From NCBI GenBank assembly GCA_016176295.1, contig JACOXN010000010.1, positions 1 to 50,833 on the forward strand: 50,833 nt of DNA. Direction: 5' to 3'. The stretch is from Candidatus Giovannonibacteria bacterium (GTDB lineage Bacteria; Patescibacteriota; Minisyncoccia; UBA11713; 2-01-FULL-45-33). Positions 44,872-50,833 of this stretch are shown one piece after another. The translations under genes and the position numbers were made by a program. The notes beneath the pieces were generated by a model that saw only the letters and a program-made list of their open reading frames with translations, was not told the origin of the DNA and ran no database searches. Position 1 is the stretch's first letter, and each line of letters begins with the position of its first letter.

Positions 44872-46161
44872 ATGTGGTGGAAAGATGCGGTTTTTTACGA
44901 AACCTACGTGGATAAGTTCGCAGGCAATTTTAATCAATTCGCAAACCGCCTTGATTACCTAAAAAAATTAGGCATAGATTGCATACATATACTCCCTCAC
45001 TATCCGTCACCAATGATTGATGACGGCTACGACGTTTCCGATTACATGAACGTAAGGGAAGACCTCGGCACTCTGGAAAATTTTGATTTTTTTATCTCCG
45101 AGGCAAAAAGAATGGGCATAAGGATAATGATTGACCTCGTGCTCAACCACGTGTCGACCATTCATCCCTGGTTTCTTGAGGCAAAGAGCACAGCCACAAA
45201 CAAAAAAAGAAATTTCTTTCTTTGGAGCAAAACGGGAACCGAGTTCAAGGACGCAGAAAACCCCTTCATCGATTTAAAGCCGAGGAACTGGATATATGAT
45301 GAAACAACAGGCGAGTATTTTTTTTCGACTTTTTACCCCGAACAGGCGGATCTGAACTGGGATAATGCCGAAGTTTTTTCGGAAATGATGAAAGTCATCG
45401 ATTTTTGGGCTTCGCGCGGTGTAGACGGCTTCCGCCTCGACGCAGTTTCCCACCTCATAAAAAGAGAGGGGACGAATTCAAAATGTCTGCCGGAGACACA
45501 CAGGGTAATAAAAAACATCCGCGCTTATCTCGACCGCCGTTGGCCGAACCGCGCTCTTCTCGCGGAAGTGCATGAATCCATGGATAAGGTCAGGGAATTT
45601 TTCGGCAACGGGGATGAAGCGCATTTAGTTTATAATTTCCCCCTCGCTGAAAAAATATTCCTTTCGTTGCTAAGGAACGACCGCGAAGCAATTCTCCCTG
45701 TTTTGGAAGCATCCACCGGAATCCCCGCCAACTGCCAGTGGGCCACTTTTTTAAGGAACCACGACGAATTGTCGCTTGCCACATTGGATGAGCATGAATA
45801 TTACGAATTCATCCGTGCGTACGATCCGGAGGAAAAGAATATATTCGGAAGAGGTGTTTCCCTACGGGTAGCGGACCTTTGCTCCGGTGACAAAACGAAA
45901 ATTGTCAGCGCATTCCAAACGCTTTTTAACTGTTCAGGCTCTCCCATTATATATTACGGGGACGAGATTGGCATGAAAAATTTGCCGTTGTTGGAAGAAG
46001 CAGACAACAGAAGAGCGGGTAGGGGGCCTTTTGACTGGTCCTTGGCTTTAAAATGCGCCGCAGATCCGGATTCCGTACTGAGCAAAATATCAGAACTGGT
46101 CAAGACAAGGAAAACTATTCCGTCAAGACTTATCGAGGAAAAAGAGAAAATTTCGACATAA
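44872..46161 (+). CDS. GH13 trehalose synthase (TreS)-like protein
   Basis: WWKDAVFYE, DDGYDVSDY, DLVLNH, GFRLDAV, WATFLRNHDEL, YYGDEIGM. Confidence 0.88.
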   Translation: MWWKDAVFYETYVDKFAGNFNQFANRLDYLKKLGIDCIHILPHYPSPMIDDGYDVSDYMNVREDLGTLENFDFFISEAKRMGIRIMIDLVLNHVSTIHPWFLEAKSTATNKKRNFFLWSKTGTEFKDAENPFIDLKPRNWIYDETTGEYFFSTFYPEQADLNWDNAEVFSEMMKVIDFWASRGVDGFRLDAVSHLIKREGTNSKCLPETHRVIKNIRAYLDRRWPNRALLAEVHESMDKVREFFGNGDEAHLVYNFPLAEKIFLSLLRNDREAILPVLEASTGIPANCQWATFLRNHDELSLATLDEHEYYEFIRAYDPEEKNIFGRGVSLRVADLCSGDKTKIVSAFQTLFNCSGSPIIYYGDEIGMKNLPLLEEADNRRAGRGPFDWSLALKCAADPDSVLSKISELVKTRKTIPSRLIEEKEKIST

Positions 46162-46176
46162 ATATAATTTTACGTC

Positions 46177-47136
46177 ATGATCAACTACGAAAAAAAATTC
46201 AGGCGTCTTCTTGTTTTGGATGAGCTTTTTGACCTTACTCTTTACAGGGGAATTAAAAAATATGCAAAAAAAGAGACCGCGCGGATGCTTGAAGAACTAA
46301 TAGCGGTAGAGGAGGGACATCTCAAATTTTGGAAAGATTTTTTCAACGAGCATTCCTATAAAAGTTTGGGCCTTTTGCGCAGAATAAAATTACTGGCCTT
46401 AATATCTATTGCTCGGATATTCAAAGAACCGGGAATCTTTCTTATACTGGAAGCGATTGAAGTTTACGGAATTCAGAAATATCTCAAAGTCTGGGAAGTC
46501 TACAAAGATGATGAAGAATTAAAAAAAGCACTGGAAAATATTTTACGCGATGAGTTCAAGCACGAGGACGCCATATTATCACGCGTATCATCGCGCAAAA
46601 TGCATCCCGAAAGAATTCGCGACATTTTTCTCGGTTTCAACGACGGCTTGGTGGAAATACTCGGAGCCGTTAGCGGTTTTTTTGCGGCTTTTCATTCGGC
46701 TTCTTCGGTTTTAGTGGCCAGTTTTATGGTCGCGGTTGCGGGCGCCATTTCAATGGGAGCCGGCGCCTACGTAGCTCTTGGTTCAAGCAAGGAAGTCGAA
46801 GATGTGGAGATAAGAAAAAAAACATTTCTGGGAGAACAAATACCGGGCGGCATAAACCGGACCCGCCCTTTTTCATCATCATTAGTAGTCGGAATTTCAT
46901 ATTTCATCGGAGCAGTGGTGCCGATTATCCCTGTAATCGCCGGCGCCCAAACACTGCTCTTTCCGCTCATCGGAGCCGCTTTGATAGTTTCTGCCGCCTC
47001 TTTCGTCCTGGCTTTTCTTTCGGGCATGGAAACAAGGCGGCGGATAGTCGTTAATCTGGGAATTCTTGCATTTGCCGTTCTCTTCACTTATTTCATAGGC
47101 ATTTGGGCTAAAACTTTTTGGGGAGTAACTATCTGA
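46177..47136 (+). CDS. Ferritin/rubrerythrin-like domain fused to a VIT1/CCC1 transporter
   Basis: EEGH and DEFKH di-iron motifs; LGFNDGLVE, AGAISMGAG. Confidence 0.88.
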   Translation: MINYEKKFRRLLVLDELFDLTLYRGIKKYAKKETARMLEELIAVEEGHLKFWKDFFNEHSYKSLGLLRRIKLLALISIARIFKEPGIFLILEAIEVYGIQKYLKVWEVYKDDEELKKALENILRDEFKHEDAILSRVSSRKMHPERIRDIFLGFNDGLVEILGAVSGFFAAFHSASSVLVASFMVAVAGAISMGAGAYVALGSSKEVEDVEIRKKTFLGEQIPGGINRTRPFSSSLVVGISYFIGAVVPIIPVIAGAQTLLFPLIGAALIVSAASFVLAFLSGMETRRRIVVNLGILAFAVLFTYFIGIWAKTFWGVTI

Positions 47137-47142
47137 ATATTC

Positions 47143-47724
47143 ATGCAAAATATCATTGATTTAATACTCGCTTACAAATATACAGCCATCTTTATTGGCC
47201 TGCTTACGGGAGGGGAGACCGTGCTTTTGCCTGCACTTTACATAGCGGTAACGAACGGCGCGCTGGATATAAAGCTGGTTGTCGCTATAAATATTCTGGC
47301 AACAGTCATATCGGATTCTTTTTGGTATATTCTCGGCAGATGGATAAATAAGGAAACTATCCTGTCCAGCCGGTTCTTTTCAAAAAAATTAAGCGGAGCG
47401 CGAGATTTCTCAGAATTCTTTGAGCGCCATAGCTTGTACGCGGTTTTTATTTCAAAATTCATATATGGAACCCGAATGATAACGCAGGTCTTGGCCGGCA
47501 TGCATAAAACCTCTTTCATAAAATATATGGCCGTGGATATCATGGGCATTTTATCACTTACCGGAGTGTTTCTCATCTTGATCGAATTTCTGCAGGTCAG
47601 CATCGGCATGATGCTCAAGCTGACATACGGCACGGAAATAATTTTTGGGATTTTTGTCATCATCGTATTAATTTTGCTTTCATTATTTAAGAGAATCATT
47701 AAAAAGAAATGGTTACAGCAATAA
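47143..47724 (+). CDS. DedA family membrane protein
   Basis: GETVL, SD.FWY.LGR, SKFIYGTR. Confidence 0.85.
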   Translation: MQNIIDLILAYKYTAIFIGLLTGGETVLLPALYIAVTNGALDIKLVVAINILATVISDSFWYILGRWINKETILSSRFFSKKLSGARDFSEFFERHSLYAVFISKFIYGTRMITQVLAGMHKTSFIKYMAVDIMGILSLTGVFLILIEFLQVSIGMMLKLTYGTEIIFGIFVIIVLILLSLFKRIIKKKWLQQ

Positions 47725-48404
47725 TACCCGCGTATAATGAAGAAGAAACAGTCGGGGAAGTAATCGCTTCCCTAAAAAAAAGCTCTCTCATCGGCGAGAT
47801 AATCGTGGTGGATGACGGTTCCAGCGACGGCACTGCGCGGATTGCGAAAAATTCCGGCGTAAAAGTTATCATGCTTCCAAAAAACTGCGGCAAAGGCGTG
47901 GCCCTCGCGCACGGAGTGGAAAACTCAAAATTCAAGAATCTTTTCTTCGCCGACGCGGATGTTACCGGTTTCACCGCGGAAAAGCTTGACCAGATAATCA
48001 GGCCCGTGGATTCTGGAGAATGTGTAATGTACGTCGGTATTCTCGCGAGAAAAGTTATAATTTTAAATAAATATCTCCACTATTTTCCAATCTTAGGCGG
48101 CACACGCGCGCTTACCAAGACTCTATGGCTTTCCGTACCAGCAAAACACAAAAACGATTTTAAAACAGAGATCGCGCTGAATTACTATTCGCACAAATTC
48201 GCCGGCGGTCCTAAATTCGGCCTTGTTCCAGGCCTCACACACCATATCAAAGAGAAAAAATACGGGCTTCTTCTCGGCCTTATTTATAGGCTGAGTATGA
48301 TATTCGACATCCTCGCGATATCGCTGGAGCTCTACATTTTTCAGAAATTGAAAGAGGAAATTTATTCGACAAAAGGCTTGAGTTCCCAACGCAAAGCTAG
48401 GTAA
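47709..48404 (+). CDS. Family 2 glycosyltransferase
   Basis: IIPAYNEE, VVDDGSSDGT, GKG.A, DAD. Confidence 0.92.
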   Translation: MVTAIIPAYNEEETVGEVIASLKKSSLIGEIIVVDDGSSDGTARIAKNSGVKVIMLPKNCGKGVALAHGVENSKFKNLFFADADVTGFTAEKLDQIIRPVDSGECVMYVGILARKVIILNKYLHYFPILGGTRALTKTLWLSVPAKHKNDFKTEIALNYYSHKFAGGPKFGLVPGLTHHIKEKKYGLLLGLIYRLSMIFDILAISLELYIFQKLKEEIYSTKGLSSQRKAR

Positions 48405-49177
48405 AAATTGTTCACTATCGGACTGATGGCCACCACTTCCGTGCCAAAAATATCTTCAACAACAGTGTGGGTTATACCGAGAACCTTCAATTCCTCGATC
48501 ATGGCGGCAAGATTCTCATCCGTTTTCGCTACATAGAAGCCCATCGGACGCTGACCAAAAAACCAGTCTCCCGTATCCGGCTCGAGATTTTGAGCATTTC
48601 CGCCGGCCATATCGAAAGCACAGACAATTATACCCATCGCCGCCTGGGTAATATAATGTGCTAGGTCCGCTCCGGCCGATCTTAAATCGGAGTTCCTCAT
48701 GGCGAAGCCCTTCCGCACCACTATCATCATCGGCTTTTCTTTTTTCATTTTCCATCTGCCCATGGTAATACCGGGTATTGCTATCCTAATCACCCCGACG
48801 ACGAGATTTTTTATAGGTGCCGGCTGAAATTCACTCGTCTCCGGAACCGCGGAGGCATAACTTAAAAGCATATCGCGAGCGTTTTCGGAGCCGGACATTT
48901 TTCCTTCCTCAAGCTCATTTATAAGCCACTCGGCTCTCCTCAAAGCCAAGTGCGCGTCGCCCGGCATAAGTATGTTCATGTCGCCTTTAAGCGCCGCTCC
49001 AATCTTTTCTCCTGATGTGAAATGCATCGGCCGAGACAAAATAAGCGCTTTCAAAGTTTCTTTAAAATCTACGTTCTTTTCAGCGTAAAAAATAAGTGAA
49101 AGGGCAAGTATTTCGCTGTGCTGCAGCGGCCGCTCAGCCGCTACTTCATTTTGCTGGCCGGTTTGTTTTGTTCTCAT
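48362..49177 (-). CDS. Hypothetical protein with divergent Pth2-like C-terminal domain
   Basis: MMIVVRK...M...AH...W...E.L....LGI.HTVVED...VVAISP pattern. Confidence 0.5.
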   Translation of the reverse strand: MRTKQTGQQNEVAAERPLQHSEILALSLIFYAEKNVDFKETLKALILSRPMHFTSGEKIGAALKGDMNILMPGDAHLALRRAEWLINELEEGKMSGSENARDMLLSYASAVPETSEFQPAPIKNLVVGVIRIAIPGITMGRWKMKKEKPMMIVVRKGFAMRNSDLRSAGADLAHYITQAAMGIIVCAFDMAGGNAQNLEPDTGDWFFGQRPMGFYVAKTDENLAAMIEELKVLGITHTVVEDIFGTEVVAISPIVNNFYLALRWELKPFVE

Positions 49178-49222
49178 CAAGTCATTCTATTTGAACCCGA
49201 TAAAGTATTTATGAACCAGAAA

Positions 49223-49279
49223 TTGTCCTAAACTTAGTTTAGGACAAAAAAACCGCCCACTGAATTTAGTGAACGGCTT
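49223..49279 (-). terminator. Terminator plus an adjacent perfect palindrome
   Basis: Minus strand gccgttcact...agtgggcgg-T7; ttgtcctaaac-tta-gtttaggacaa (49223-49247). Confidence 0.7.
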
Positions 49280-49288
49280 CAAGGTTTA

Positions 49289-49418
49289 TCCGGCCTCTCC
49301 CATCTTCATCCCGCCCTGCACTGCATTAGCGAGACTCCGACTGGACAGGGCACCCTCTTCGTTGCGGCAGCTTCCCTCTAGAAGGGAAGCCGGCAACTCC
49401 GATAGGCGCGAGGCCGGA
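49289..49418 (-). ncRNA. Putative structured RNA (three-way junction)
   Basis: Closing stem tccggcctc/gaggccgga with two internal stem-loops. Confidence 0.5.
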
Positions 49419-49457
49419 AGCTCTGAAAGAACAACTTTAAGTTTAAACAAAAGAACA

Positions 49458-50312
49458 CTAAGCCGCTTTTTTCGGCTTCCGCAATTGATTGCGGATATGG
49501 CGGCGGATATTTTTGTCGGGATACGATTCAAGCGGCGTGGCGAGCGGGCCTTCTTCAAAGGGGCTCTTTAGTATTTTGTATGGCACTATTTTGTCGCCGT
49601 CTTTCTTCAGCCCGGAGCCCAGAACCTCAAACTCGGCTTCATGCCGACCCGGAAACTCTGGTTCATTCTCTATGGCGTAGACAATTTTCGCTCCAGGAAT
49701 CCAGCCTTCGAGTTCCCGATTTCGAAGTTCCAATTCGCGGATCTTCACTTCGATATCGGTGTTCTTTTTCTTCCATATTGCTTCGTCCTCAGCTCTCGCT
49801 TTCTGATCGCGCAAATGCAGAAGGTACGCCGTTACCCCGGCAAGTAGAAGCGCGACTGCTAAAAACGCAATCACAATCAGGGAGAGTTCGTACTTCATCA
49901 TAAGCCGGGAAAAGTTTTTTTCCGTTTCGGCGAGCTGGGTTGAAGTTTCTGAATTTTTCTTCGACAGTTGCTTAATACGTTCGGTAAATCGCTTATCGTA
50001 TTCGCTTCTCGGCACGAACGGAAAGAAAAGTTCGTTCCCGGGAACTATGAATCGCGCCTGCTCTCGGGTGGTTTCATTGTCGGCTCCGAAGTTTTTTCTC
50101 AGCACCGCGCTTACGCATTTTTTAACGGTGCCGATTTTCGGCGGCAGAAGATGCTTTTTAAAAAGGTCGGCGCAGATTTGAGATATCATATCTCCTTTTT
50201 CTATCCGTAGATTTATCGAATCGGCTCTAGGCGACTGCACGTAGGCTGAAGCGTATCCGCCGTTGAGTACAGCAACCAAAACAAACACTGCAAAAAACGA
50301 AATGTATTTCAT
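49458..50312 (-). CDS. Hypothetical membrane protein (signal peptide, LysM-like segment, TM, coiled coil)
   Basis: IEKGD.ISQI...IVPGNEL..P; central TM. Confidence 0.65.
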   Translation of the reverse strand: MKYISFFAVFVLVAVLNGGYASAYVQSPRADSINLRIEKGDMISQICADLFKKHLLPPKIGTVKKCVSAVLRKNFGADNETTREQARFIVPGNELFFPFVPRSEYDKRFTERIKQLSKKNSETSTQLAETEKNFSRLMMKYELSLIVIAFLAVALLLAGVTAYLLHLRDQKARAEDEAIWKKKNTDIEVKIRELELRNRELEGWIPGAKIVYAIENEPEFPGRHEAEFEVLGSGLKKDGDKIVPYKILKSPFEEGPLATPLESYPDKNIRRHIRNQLRKPKKAA

Positions 50313-50322
50313 CTTTGCTCCT

Positions 50323-50832
50323 TTAATCCCAACCGTTCAGTTTAGGCGGGGGTGGAGGCACAACAGGGTCATTTGTAACCACCGGAGTTGGGATCGGATC
50401 TTTGGGATTCGCGGGAGGTAACGAGATCTTAGGTTTTGGCCTATAGTTCCTGACTCCCTGAATATTTCCGCCGTTGGCCGTGGCCTGCCCCCCTCCATTG
50501 GCAGTAGAGTTTCCGCCCAGTGCTTTCTGCTTCATTTTTTGCGACTGTTCCTGCTGTTCCTGCTGCTGCTGACTTTGGTTCTGATCGCTCGAAGCATTGC
50601 TGGCCGAAACTCCACTTATAGTCGTAGTTTCGTTGGTATTTATCCTCGTAGGTTTTGTCCTTCTCAACCTGTCAGCGGCTCCAACCTGGCCGCTGGCCTC
50701 GAATAGGGCGCCGACTGCGCCCACGGAAGCGGCTTCCACCAGTCCGGTGTATCCGGCAGAGTAATCTGCGTTCATGCTGCACTCGCCGTACACGGCCTTC
50801 CCGTCATTTTCTCCAATCTTTAGACATCGGTA
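50323..50832 (-). CDS. Hypothetical low-complexity protein, 5'-truncated by the window edge
   Basis: Frame open to the window end; Gln-rich and Pro-rich C-terminus. Confidence 0.6.
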   Translation of the reverse strand, partial: YRCLKIGENDGKAVYGECSMNADYSAGYTGLVEAASVGAVGALFEASGQVGAADRLRRTKPTRINTNETTTISGVSASNASSDQNQSQQQQEQQEQSQKMKQKALGGNSTANGGGQATANGGNIQGVRNYRPKPKISLPPANPKDPIPTPVVTNDPVVPPPPPKLNGWD

Positions 50833-50833
50833 C

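Noticed and set aside
1-50833. Alternative genetic code (TGA = Gly) and the many antisense or overlapping ORFs in the track
   Set aside because: Recognisable genes are full length under code 11 and several end in TGA; the shadow ORFs lack motifs and overlap confident genes

Overview
50.8 kb of bacterial chromosome that looks like Patescibacteria/CPR (Parcubacteria-like). This is an inference from the short dnaX, few Shine-Dalgarno sites, many small membrane/secreted ORFs and a giant PT-linker surface protein; the standard genetic code fits. Housekeeping content: serS, ftsQ-like, dnaX, obgE, msrB, a cold-shock gene, tRNA-Ala(TGC) and tRNA-Gln(TTG). Accessory content: a CheB-CheR-kinase hybrid, ABC-F plus HI0933 flavoprotein, GH18 with a peptidoglycan-binding domain, a 2632-aa mosaic surface protein and a TreS-like/ferritin-VIT1/DedA/GT2 cluster. 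No integrase, transposase, CRISPR array or rRNA was seen. The most unusual signals are: (i) an intact tRNA-Ala nested inside the anticodon loop of a second, split tRNA-Ala-like gene (97-360); (ii) an unidentified, highly structured ~280-nt intergenic RNA with its own promoter and terminator (26082-26360, minus strand), and a second one at 49289-49418; (iii) an ArsR gene bracketed by exact 33-bp direct repeats that each supply a -35 box; (iv) a MerR/BldC-like HTH-HATPase plus STAS pair next to tRNA-Gln, with tandem repeats over its promoter; (v) pervasive leaderless-type promoters. All family assignments come from motif recognition by eye; no searches were run.
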